Assembly: GCA_963662665.2 (NCBI GenBank)
Contig: CAXXJS010000020.1
Span: 166,510-230,509 of the forward strand
DNA from: Candidatus Latescibacterota bacterium
GTDB taxonomy: Bacteria; Latescibacterota; UBA2968; GCA-2709665
DNA: 64,000 nucleotides
Direction of reading: 5' to 3'
Shown: in pieces, positions 28,251 through 37,604 of the stretch
Position numbering within the stretch: the first letter of the stretch is position 1
How the letters are laid out: the number at the start of each line of letters is the position of its first letter
Notes under the pieces: generated by a model
Seen by the model: the letters and a program-made list of their open reading frames with translations, nothing else
Told to the model about the DNA's origin: nothing
Databases searched by the model: none
Translations under genes and position numbers: made by a program

Positions 28251-29678
28251 TCAGGGCGCGTTGGCACTGGCGGCACGGCCGCGCCAGGTCATCCACAGGT
28301 TGCAGGCCAGGACCGCCGCCGACGTCCACCCGAGTACGCCGGATAGGCCGAATGCCGTCATCGAGACCGGCAGACCGTAGGGAACACGGTCCAGAATCCC
28401 TGCCAGGAGCAGCGGAGCGATGCGGCAGATCGCCGCGGCCGTTGCCAGGTAGAAGGTCGCAACGACCAGCCCGGGAAAGGCCACTTTGCGTTTGTGGAGG
28501 AATCCGGGCACCATTCGGGGAGCCATACCCAGCAGAAGGAGGGTGATAAACCCCGCGAGATGGGTGTGTCGCATGGCATCCGGATCGAAAGGAGAATTGA
28601 GCCGGAACAGGACAAACGCGCCGTCCAGCAGTTCAATTGCGGCGGCCAGCGCCAGGAAGACGAATGCGGCGTAAAGCAACAGCTCGAACCGGCCGAACTC
28701 GCCGTAGTCCGGCAGCCCCGGCCGTGTTGGGCGTCGTTCGGGCCCGGGTTCGCCGATGCGATTCACGGTCCAGGGAGGATACCACCGAAAGAGAATGTCC
28801 AGTTTCCAGATGAAGAGGAGGAGGACGCCCCCCCGGAGGACTTTTCCAATAGGCGACAGATGCGCAAGTGAAGACGCGAAGGACGTCCCGGTGAGTTGCG
28901 CCAATACCGGCAGGTGGATCAGAAGGAGCGCCAGGAGATAGACCTGCCCGAACCGGGCTGCGGGCCAGCGGACGGCGGGCAGGCGCAGGTAGAGCGGAAA
29001 CGTGCGAACGGAAAACGCCATCGCCGTGGGAAGGATGACAAAACCGATGAAGAATTCAATGCCGAACCTGTTCCATGCGATGTGTAGAAGCGGGTTGTTT
29101 CCATAGCTCGCGCACAAAGCGAGCGCAGCCGCGAGCAGTGAGTACAATCCCCATCCCGCTATCGCGATGACCAGGAAGATGCGCACGGTATGCAGGGCCG
29201 GGCGGTTCGGAGCTGAGTTGCGCAACGTGATGACCAGCAGGGCGACGTAGCAATAGACGCCGGCGGTCTCCATCAACGCGGAGAAACCCAGAGTCCATCT
29301 CAGTCCATTCTGAATCGGGCCGTCGAATCCCGCCGCCAGCAGCGGCTGCGAGACCGCGCGCAGAAGGATGCCGGTTGAGAGAAGACCGAGAATCCACACC
29401 GGAAACCGGGGAAAGCGCAGCGGCGTTCCTGCCAGACGCGGAAGGAAGTAGAGGCTGACTCCGATGATGAAGAGGCCGATCCAGCCCAGGAGTTGGGCGT
29501 GGCCGTGCGCCTGGAGCATGGCAACCCACCAGTTGCCCATGGGTAACTGAAAGCCGATCAGCACGGCCAGGACGGCCGCGTAACCGAATCCGACCGTCAG
29601 CGCGATAAACAGCGACGCCAGCACAAAGCCGAAATGGAACTGGGAGTGGTGTGGTTTCTGGCTATCGGACATAGTCAT
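28251..29678 (-). CDS. NnrS-like integral membrane protein
   Basis: QAHGHAQLLGWIGLFIIGV...LPRL and DAMRHTHLAGFITLLLLGMAPRMVPGF; about 12 TM segments; GAGGA RBS. Confidence 0.75.
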   Translation of the reverse strand: MTMSDSQKPHHSQFHFGFVLASLFIALTVGFGYAAVLAVLIGFQLPMGNWWVAMLQAHGHAQLLGWIGLFIIGVSLYFLPRLAGTPLRFPRFPVWILGLLSTGILLRAVSQPLLAAGFDGPIQNGLRWTLGFSALMETAGVYCYVALLVITLRNSAPNRPALHTVRIFLVIAIAGWGLYSLLAAALALCASYGNNPLLHIAWNRFGIEFFIGFVILPTAMAFSVRTFPLYLRLPAVRWPAARFGQVYLLALLLIHLPVLAQLTGTSFASSLAHLSPIGKVLRGGVLLLFIWKLDILFRWYPPWTVNRIGEPGPERRPTRPGLPDYGEFGRFELLLYAAFVFLALAAAIELLDGAFVLFRLNSPFDPDAMRHTHLAGFITLLLLGMAPRMVPGFLHKRKVAFPGLVVATFYLATAAAICRIAPLLLAGILDRVPYGLPVSMTAFGLSGVLGWTSAAVLACNLWMTWRGRAASANAP

Positions 29679-29895
29679 TTCCTCGAATTGGTGTGGAGTA
29701 CAATTCGAGTAGAAAAAATGTGAACAGATGAATCCGTAGACCAATTTCGCTGGCAGGAACGAGGAGTTGAGGTTCTTTGTCCTTGCCGACGTGCCAATCG
29801 GCTGTTCTCCCACAATCGCGCACCGGATATTTAAACCCGTTCGCGTGATTCCGCAACCACTTTCGGGAAATCCCCTGGTGATCCGCTATTGAATT

Positions 29896-29922
29896 TGCAG
29901 GGGCGACCCTTGTGGTTGCCCT
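29896..29922 (+). repeat. GTAG-type REP-like element
   Basis: TGCAGGGGCGACCCTTGTGGTTGCCCT; near-identical copies at 46606-46631 (reverse) and 62919-62944. Confidence 0.75.
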
Positions 29923-30198
29923 GGCGACGGCTGACAGGATATACGAGAGCCCGGAATAACCAATTGGGCGCCTTTGGTTAATTTACTGAACCGATCTCGA
30001 AGGATCTGTGTCTATAGATAGTGGCGGGGTGGTGGATGTGATCCTCTTCCGTCTACCCTCTTTCCTCTCACCGTCTTGAACTGATCGCTGTTTATTCCTT
30101 TGTGCCTTTGTGTCTTTGAGTGAGTAGGTTTTCTTACCTGGCTGCCTCCTGCTGCACGCTGACACCTGGCAGCCTTCGTCTGGTCGCCGGGGTTTCCT

Positions 30199-32535
30199 AT
30201 GAATTCCAGACTGCTGAATTCCATCGCCCTTCTGTTCCTGTTGAACCTCTTTGGCTGTACGCCCGAGGAAACGGTGACGGTTTCCGGTGGGGTGAGCCGG
30301 CCGGGAGACGTAGATTTTCGCGCGGGATGGACCGTGGAGAATTACGTGGCGACATCGGGCGGATACCTGCCCGAAGCGGATACGGGACGGGTCGCGCTGG
30401 TTCGGCTGATACGCGATAGCGTGACTGCCGGGCAGCGGGGAAGGTCCCTGAAATGGGTGGTCGACGACGCTCCTCCAGTGATGTCGGGAGACCTGGTCAG
30501 CGTCCCGTTGAAAGCGTACCGGGTCCGGTTCGATACGGTGCTGGCGGTGAGGAATCTGGAACTGATTTGGAAGGACCACGTCTACCGCGTGGCGCTTGGA
30601 AAGGTCGCGCTTGGCACGACCCTGCGTGGAGTTGTGGCGGCGGTGTGCTTTGGGAATGGCGAGGCAGTCCGGAAGGCTTCCGGACAGGCGGCAGGTCCGT
30701 TTCAATACCTCTATGTGACAATGCATCCGGACAGATACGGCGACCTGCTGCCCGCGCTCAGAGGGGCGCTTGCGGATCGTGAGGCGTTGGAGGACGCGGC
30801 GGCGCTGCACCGGTATATGTTCCGGGCGTCGGCGTTCAGGTCGGGCGAGCGGACGCACCTGCCGCCCGCCGGCCATTTCCGGGTGCAGGCCGGCGTCTGG
30901 CTCAGGCCTAAGAATTCGTCCTATCCCGGAAGGGGCGTGCGCAAACGGCATTTCGGGGACGGACGGGTATGGACCACGTTTCCGGATGGGCGGCAGCGGT
31001 GGCGGCACACGGACGGCCGGATTGTGATGCAGTTTCCCGATAAAACGCGGGAAGTGCGCTCACCGGACGGTTCGATTCGATTCAATGATACGCTGGGAGG
31101 CGTAAGAACAACGTACCCGGATGGGCGGATGGTGTTCGAAGACGCGGACGGCAACAGGCACCGGGTACACAAGGATGGACGGCGGGAGTGGCGGCTGGCC
31201 TCCGGGAACCTGATCACGAAACATCCCGACGGGCGGCGGGTACACCGGTTTGCCAGTGGAACGGTGCGTACGGTGCATCCGAACGGGGTGGAACGGACCC
31301 TGTTCCTGGATGGGACACGGCATGTGCTGTATCCCGGCGGCAGGGTGGAGATTGACGCGCCCGGCGGCGCGCGGGAGACCAGGTATCCCGACGGCAGCGT
31401 ATTCGCAACAACACGGGAGGGGCATGAAGTCACGATGTTCAGGGACGGCCGCCAGTTTACGCGAATGACCGACGGAACCACGATTGAGCGGTTTGCGGAC
31501 GGGCGAAAATTCCAGAAACAGCCTTCGGGCGAGACGTTGGAGGTCCGTTCGGATCTATCCAAGCGCACCGTGTATCCGGACGGCTCGGAAACGGTACGCC
31601 GTCCGGATGGCGTGCGCGTTGCAAAGCTCCCCGACGGGACCGTGATCGAGGAATTCCCTGACGGCAGGATCGTGCAGTCCGATACGTCGGGAGTTCGGCT
31701 TGAGTTTCTTTCACCTGATCGATATGTAATTACGGACCGGGAGGGCAACCGCGTTGAGTCGCGCCCCGATCTTACCGTTTCAAAGCAATTTGCCGAACCC
31801 TATCGTTACCGCGGTTCGATACGGCGACACCTGATCCGGCTGGAGCGCACACCGGAACGCATCTCTCCGGGCACGGTTGCGTTCGTCCGGGGATCGGTTG
31901 AGGATGCTGTGAAAAAATTGTCTATGGCCGTGTTCGCGCTTCCGGACGGAGACGTGCTGGATATGGAGATCGCGCTTGACGAGGGGCAATTCGAGGGGAG
32001 GCTGCAGGTTTCGGCGCCAGGGTATTATAGGTTGCAGATCCAGTGCGAGTTGGAAAACGGCGACGCTGTCATGCTGGAAGACCGCATGTTGAAGGTTGGC
32101 AACCCGACGCCTCTTGATGAGCCCGTCATCGAGGTCGCGCCCTTTCCCGGCGATACGGCCGCGGGCCGTCGCCTGATGGAACTGGTGAACCACGTGCGCG
32201 GCAGGAGGGGCCGCATGATATTGGAGTGGGACGACGAACTGGCTTACGCGGCAGCCTCCCATTTGCAGACCATGCTTGCCTACGGCTCGGTTTCGCACTG
32301 GTCGCCCGTGTATGGAGGTCTGGTAGGCCGCCTGGAACGGCTGGGCATCTCGTTTGCGGTCGCGCTGGAAAACCTGGCGACGTCGCCCTCACTGGAGGAA
32401 GCACATTGGTTCCTGATGTTGAGCGCCGAACACAGACGGAATATTCTGGACGAGCGTCTAACCCATATCGGTGTTGCAGTGGCGCGCGAGCAGGGGCAGG
32501 TGTGGGTGGCTGAAATCTTCAAGCGGAGAGAATAG
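30199..32535 (+). CDS. Predicted lipoprotein with Tcp10-C/G-box-like 9-residue beta repeats, an Ig-like linker and a C-terminal CAP (SCP) domain
   Basis: Lipobox-like LLNLFGC; 30 consecutive xxxxxx(P)DG nonamers; CAP motifs LVNHVR, AASH, SH, ENLA, SAEHRRNIL and THIGVAV. Confidence 0.75.
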   Translation: MNSRLLNSIALLFLLNLFGCTPEETVTVSGGVSRPGDVDFRAGWTVENYVATSGGYLPEADTGRVALVRLIRDSVTAGQRGRSLKWVVDDAPPVMSGDLVSVPLKAYRVRFDTVLAVRNLELIWKDHVYRVALGKVALGTTLRGVVAAVCFGNGEAVRKASGQAAGPFQYLYVTMHPDRYGDLLPALRGALADREALEDAAALHRYMFRASAFRSGERTHLPPAGHFRVQAGVWLRPKNSSYPGRGVRKRHFGDGRVWTTFPDGRQRWRHTDGRIVMQFPDKTREVRSPDGSIRFNDTLGGVRTTYPDGRMVFEDADGNRHRVHKDGRREWRLASGNLITKHPDGRRVHRFASGTVRTVHPNGVERTLFLDGTRHVLYPGGRVEIDAPGGARETRYPDGSVFATTREGHEVTMFRDGRQFTRMTDGTTIERFADGRKFQKQPSGETLEVRSDLSKRTVYPDGSETVRRPDGVRVAKLPDGTVIEEFPDGRIVQSDTSGVRLEFLSPDRYVITDREGNRVESRPDLTVSKQFAEPYRYRGSIRRHLIRLERTPERISPGTVAFVRGSVEDAVKKLSMAVFALPDGDVLDMEIALDEGQFEGRLQVSAPGYYRLQIQCELENGDAVMLEDRMLKVGNPTPLDEPVIEVAPFPGDTAAGRRLMELVNHVRGRRGRMILEWDDELAYAAASHLQTMLAYGSVSHWSPVYGGLVGRLERLGISFAVALENLATSPSLEEAHWFLMLSAEHRRNILDERLTHIGVAVAREQGQVWVAEIFKRRE

Positions 32536-32641
32536 GCGGAAGACGCAGGGTCTTTGGGAACCGGCAGACCCACGCGGGAAACGGCGAATCGGATGGTTTG
32601 GCACTGGCGTTTCCCGAATCCACCGTTTTTGAGGACTGGAC

Positions 32642-34876
32642 GTGACGATCAGGCGTCGAACGACAGGTATTTTCATCCTGGCTTTCACCTGGTGCAGCGG
32701 CGGGTCCGCGTTTTCGGGCGAACCGGAATCGGTCGACGAATGGTTCCGTTTTGCAATGAAGCAAGTGGGCCGCGTGCCGGTTGAGGAGAGCGTGCGCGCG
32801 TTGAAGGACGTGCTTGCGATGGATGAGAATCACGCTCAAGCCTATGCGGAAATCGCGAAGTTGTATATGTCTTTGAATACACCTCCGGATCGCCAGAGCG
32901 CCGAAGGGATGGTCCGCCGGGCAATTCGTCTGGATCCCGACAACGCGGCGTATCAGTTGCTGCTGGGCGAACTGTTGTGGGCGCAGGGGTTCCTGTCGAA
33001 CGCGAAACGACAATATGAAGCGGTCCTGGTGAGGGATCCGCGAAACGCACGGGCGGCATTCGGGCTCGGGCGATACTATGCGAAAGATTTCATGAAGTAT
33101 TGGAACATGATCGACACGGAGGGCAATAACCATAGTGTGCTGCTGGAGTGGCGGCATTTTGCCGGGGAGTACCGTGAACTGGCGATCCGGAATCTCAGAC
33201 AAAGCATCCAATTCGATCCCGTGTTCAAAGATGCGTATTACCAGTTGGGCCTCGTCTATCTGGAAGACATGAAATCTGCCCCGGCGGCAGCGGGAATGGC
33301 GATAGTCAGCGTCGCCAACTCACTGTTGCAGGCGTGCCCGCAGGACAAGGACGCATTGATGTTCGTGGGGTTGGGTTATCACGCCAGCGGTTTCCTGGAT
33401 AACGCCTGGGATTTCTACGCAAGGGCGCTGGCGAGGATGGATATACAGGAACGTTCGATGATCGAATCGGTGGATGCCGTCGCCGTGGATGAAGAGCGGG
33501 TGCGCGTCGCGAAAGCGGATTCGCTGGCGCAAGTGGCGGGTGGAGAGTGGGTGGACAGTTCCGAGCGGGAACGGTTCTGGCGCAAACAGGATCCGCTGTT
33601 GCTGACCGAACGGAACGAAAGGCGAATGGAGCATTACCGGCGGGTGGCCTACGCCAATATGCGTTTCGGCAAGCCGAGGAGAGGAATCGAGGGCTGGCGG
33701 ACGGAAATGGGACGGGTCTACATCAAGTACGGAGACCCGCTTGGCCGGACGGTGATGCGTCCCGAGGTGGACCCACGCGGACGCACTGTACAGGCGCACA
33801 CGGAGCTTTGGTCTTACGAGGGTTTTTCCTTTCGATTCAGGAACTGGAACGGACTGGACGGTTGGCATTTTGACGTAAGTTCTCTCGTATTTCCATCTGG
33901 AGAATGGGTCCTCAAACGAACGCCGCAGCGATACGTCGATCCCTATCGTCGGTTGAAATACAGCATGCCCTACCAGGTCGCGGCGTTCCGGGATGCTGGC
34001 AGGATACGCCTCGAGGTCGCCTATGCGATTGCAAAAGACCGGTTGAAGATATCCAACACGGGCGCCGTCGACCTGAAGGACGGGCTCTTCCTGTTTGGCG
34101 CCGGATGGAAAGAGGTCTCGCGGGCGGTGTATGCCACCCGGCGGCTTGCGGACGTGGGAACGGACAGCCTGAGGGGGCAGTATCTGCTGTCGAAGTCGAC
34201 GCTGATGGTTGAACCGGGGAACTACAGTCTCATTGCCGAGGTGCAGGACCGCGGGAACCGGTCCATCGGGACGTTCAGGGATACGTTGGCATGGGTAGCG
34301 GAAGATTCCTCGCCGGCGATGAGCGACCTGCTGGTGGCATCCGACGTCCGGATGGACGATCCGTTCCCGGAGCGGCGGGAGGATCTGGAGGTGGTATTGA
34401 ATCCGCTGCACACCTTCTATCGCGCGGAATCGGTGTACATCTATTTTGAGATATACAATCTCACGCGGGATGATTTCGGACGGACTGAATACGATATAAC
34501 CTATCGGATCGGGCAGCCGCAAGCAACCGAGGTGGTTCCCGGGAGATTCGAGGCTGTGGCGCTGGCGGAACCGCCCGGGAAAGTACGATTAAGAATTGGA
34601 GCGGTCGGGAAGGACGGGTCCGTCGAATATCAGGTGAGATATATTCCTGCCGAGCGAAACAGGGTTTCAAGGTCGATCCGAAAATACGACGTGGATACCG
34701 GGGAAACCGCGGTCACGGTCCGGTACGAAGGAGACCGGACCGATGACTTCACCTATCTTCAGATCGACCTTGATAGCGTACCGTTGGGAGTACACGCCCT
34801 GTCGGTGAAAATGAAGGACCTGAACCGTGAGGGCCGGGGGGACGAGAGACGCGTGTTGTTTCGGGTGATAGAGTGA
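32642..34876 (+). CDS. Exported TPR + GWxTD domain protein, copy 1 (most divergent)
   Basis: Signal peptide, TPR helices, FWRKQDPLLLTERNERRMEHYRRVAYANMRF, GWRTEMGRVYIKYGDP and a C-terminal beta domain. Confidence 0.88.
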   Translation: MTIRRRTTGIFILAFTWCSGGSAFSGEPESVDEWFRFAMKQVGRVPVEESVRALKDVLAMDENHAQAYAEIAKLYMSLNTPPDRQSAEGMVRRAIRLDPDNAAYQLLLGELLWAQGFLSNAKRQYEAVLVRDPRNARAAFGLGRYYAKDFMKYWNMIDTEGNNHSVLLEWRHFAGEYRELAIRNLRQSIQFDPVFKDAYYQLGLVYLEDMKSAPAAAGMAIVSVANSLLQACPQDKDALMFVGLGYHASGFLDNAWDFYARALARMDIQERSMIESVDAVAVDEERVRVAKADSLAQVAGGEWVDSSERERFWRKQDPLLLTERNERRMEHYRRVAYANMRFGKPRRGIEGWRTEMGRVYIKYGDPLGRTVMRPEVDPRGRTVQAHTELWSYEGFSFRFRNWNGLDGWHFDVSSLVFPSGEWVLKRTPQRYVDPYRRLKYSMPYQVAAFRDAGRIRLEVAYAIAKDRLKISNTGAVDLKDGLFLFGAGWKEVSRAVYATRRLADVGTDSLRGQYLLSKSTLMVEPGNYSLIAEVQDRGNRSIGTFRDTLAWVAEDSSPAMSDLLVASDVRMDDPFPERREDLEVVLNPLHTFYRAESVYIYFEIYNLTRDDFGRTEYDITYRIGQPQATEVVPGRFEAVALAEPPGKVRLRIGAVGKDGSVEYQVRYIPAERNRVSRSIRKYDVDTGETAVTVRYEGDRTDDFTYLQIDLDSVPLGVHALSVKMKDLNREGRGDERRVLFRVIE

Positions 34877-35017
34877 AGCCGGGAGCACAGTGGGCTATTT
34901 CGGAGCGGGCATGGCCAAAGGAGGAGCATTGAGGTGGGTACAGCAAATGCGAAAGAAGCTGGAAAGTTAGACAGTTAACACGGTCGTGAGCAGACATTCT
35001 TGTGCCATTGCAAGCAA

Positions 35018-35055
35018 GGTTCCGGAAAGAGTTTCTTCCGGGCCTTTGTTTTTTT
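35018..35055 (+). terminator. Probable intrinsic terminator after GWxTD copy 1
   Basis: GGTTCCGGAA ... TTCCGGGCC followed by TTTGTTTTTTT. Confidence 0.6.
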
Positions 35056-35247
35056 CGAACCGGTGCCGTCTGTCTGGTGTCTTTAGGCAAGGAAGGGCAT
35101 CGGGGAAGCTCGCATGAGTAAGTCTTGATAAACGACTCCATGTCCGGTAGCTCCGATATCCTTTGTCGCGAAGAACATACTGAATTATCGGTTCCGCGTC
35201 ACACGCTGCATCCAAAGATCACCATTGCAAGCTCAGGAGGTTTCGAC

Positions 35248-37572
35248 ATGTCGGTCCTGCGAGAACACGAAATACTGCGATGCAGCACCTGGTTGACTTT
35301 GTCTGTCTCTACCCTTTTTGGTCTTGCGTTCGTCTTCACAACGGTAGTGGCAACCAGCAAACCGCAACATGCCGCCAACCTTTATCAGACAGCGTTGGCG
35401 CGCGTGGGCAGCGTCGCGTTAGAGGAGAGCCTCGAGGCCTTCGGCGACGTGTTGAAGTTGGATCGGGACCATGCGCCGGCTCACTACGAGATGGCGAAAT
35501 TGTATATGTCGATGAATACGCCGCTTACCCGCCAGAGCGCGCGCAAGGCGCTTGACGAGGCGATTCGGCTGGAACCGGGCAACGGAGACTATCAATTGAT
35601 GCTCGGTGAGTTGCTCGGCAAGCAGGGACTTTGGTTGAAGGCGGAGCGGCATTACGAAAGGGTTTGTGAGACCCATCCTGAAAGACTTGCCGAGGCGGCG
35701 TACAGGGTAGGCTTTTTTTCTATGCAGGCGTTCCTGAAGTATATCAATCTGGAGTACGTGGATATCGTCGACGGCGGGGCGTCGGGCCCACCAACGTATC
35801 ACCTGTTTCGCTGGGAAGAACACGCTATGCGGGATCGGGAGAAGGCGTTGGCATTCCTGGTAAAGAGCATCGTGGCAGATCCTAAAAATCGAGACGCGTA
35901 TTACGATTTGGGACTGATCCATTATGAAAGCAAGAACCCTGAAGGACTCGTGAAGGCATCAAAGCTATGCATGGATCAGTATCCCGAGGATAAGGACGCG
36001 CTGCTCTATTGTGGCTTGGGCTACCAGGGGATGGGTGAATGGGAGACTGCCCATGAGTATTATATGCGCGCGTTGGAGCGAATGTCGACTGAGGAACGCG
36101 CTCTGATGGAGTCCGTGGACCTGATTGCAAGCCAGGAGGAACGATCGGTACCTGATTGGATTGCGACGACCGATACGACCGGAATCGGATGGACGGATAA
36201 CCGTGAGCGGGTGCGATTCTGGCGGGAACGTGATCCCCTTTACCTGACGGCATTCAGCGAGCGACGCATGGAACACTACGGGCGTGTTGCATATGCCAAT
36301 CTTCGATATGGGCGGAGATTGAAGGGCAAACCGGGATGGCAGACGGACCGCGGGAAAGCACATATCAGATTCGGGCCTGCTCTTACCAGGAAGGCAAGGC
36401 GGCTTGAAATCCCCGGAGGTGTTGACTCGTTCGAAGGCAGGTTCGGCCAAAATATCCAGGGCGGTGACGAGGAGTGGTACTATGAGGGATTTTCGATCTC
36501 GTTTGTCAACACCGACGGGCTGGATTCGTGGCGTTTCGATACCCGTCCGGGTCGGACAACGGGACGTTATACGTTCAATCATCGACCAACACACTATATG
36601 GACCCGTTTCGGTTCAGCAAATACAGGATCCCATACCAGGTGGCAAGCTTCAAGGATGGTGACAGCGTCCGCGTGGAACTGGCGTATGCGCTACCGAAAT
36701 ACAATGTATCTGCATCGGATGCGGACAGTGGTTTTGTATTGGAAAACGGTGTATTTGTATTTGACGAGAACTGGGACGAGGTGTATCGGAGGCGGTCGGA
36801 TCTAAACCTGAGTTGGCCTGAGTTAACGCCCAGTGGGTATCCTGCTGCAGACAGCTTGCGGAATGGTCATCTGGTGTTAAAGTTGGCATTCAGAGTAGCC
36901 CCTGGCACGCATTATCTCGTAGGTGAGGTGCGGGACCGGAAGCGGGGGTCTATAGGTACGTTTCGTGAGGAGCGTAGTCTTGCGACCGCGGACTCTATGT
37001 TGTCGATGAGCGATTTGCTGCTGGCCACGCAGATTGAGACGGGATCGCCTTTTCCAGAGAAGAGAAGCCACCTCAACGTCGTGGCGAATCCACTGCGGAC
37101 GTACCATCGGTCCGAGCCAGCGTTCATCTACCTGGAGGTTTACAACCTGAAGCGAGATGAATACGGGCGCACGGCATATGAGATCTCCTATCGGATAGGC
37201 AGGCCCGGAGAAGACGAGATCGATCCGTACGTGTTCGTGGCGCAGCGGTTGCCGGGAGAGGGCGAGGCATCGAATGTGGCACAGGTAAATGTGACGCGCA
37301 ACGAGAAGCTGAAGATAACACTCGTGGAAGAAGCGCGAGAACCCGAAGACGATGAACAGGCCAGGCGGATCAGGGAAATGGAACGCAGCGGAGAGGGCAC
37401 AGAAACGACGGTAACAAGCCGATATGAGGGCTCTCGTAAGGATGACTTCACGTATCTGCAGATTGACCTGAGTCACGTGCCTGCCGGTGTGCACCGTCTA
37501 TCGGTTAGGATCGAAGACATGCATACTGGACAGATGGTTGCACGTGAAGAGCAGTTCCGTGTGATCGAGTGA
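35248..37572 (+). CDS. Exported TPR + GWxTD domain protein, copy 2
   Basis: AGGAGG RBS and ATG 35248; GWQTDRGKAHIRFG; ends FRVIE. Confidence 0.88.
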   Translation: MSVLREHEILRCSTWLTLSVSTLFGLAFVFTTVVATSKPQHAANLYQTALARVGSVALEESLEAFGDVLKLDRDHAPAHYEMAKLYMSMNTPLTRQSARKALDEAIRLEPGNGDYQLMLGELLGKQGLWLKAERHYERVCETHPERLAEAAYRVGFFSMQAFLKYINLEYVDIVDGGASGPPTYHLFRWEEHAMRDREKALAFLVKSIVADPKNRDAYYDLGLIHYESKNPEGLVKASKLCMDQYPEDKDALLYCGLGYQGMGEWETAHEYYMRALERMSTEERALMESVDLIASQEERSVPDWIATTDTTGIGWTDNRERVRFWRERDPLYLTAFSERRMEHYGRVAYANLRYGRRLKGKPGWQTDRGKAHIRFGPALTRKARRLEIPGGVDSFEGRFGQNIQGGDEEWYYEGFSISFVNTDGLDSWRFDTRPGRTTGRYTFNHRPTHYMDPFRFSKYRIPYQVASFKDGDSVRVELAYALPKYNVSASDADSGFVLENGVFVFDENWDEVYRRRSDLNLSWPELTPSGYPAADSLRNGHLVLKLAFRVAPGTHYLVGEVRDRKRGSIGTFREERSLATADSMLSMSDLLLATQIETGSPFPEKRSHLNVVANPLRTYHRSEPAFIYLEVYNLKRDEYGRTAYEISYRIGRPGEDEIDPYVFVAQRLPGEGEASNVAQVNVTRNEKLKITLVEEAREPEDDEQARRIREMERSGEGTETTVTSRYEGSRKDDFTYLQIDLSHVPAGVHRLSVRIEDMHTGQMVAREEQFRVIE

Positions 37573-37604
37573 TTTGGGCAGATGTAAGTTCAGGAGGTCT
37601 CGTA

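Noticed and set aside
29700-29880. FNR/NnrR/CRP box upstream of the NnrS-like gene
   Set aside because: Only half-sites with the wrong spacing.
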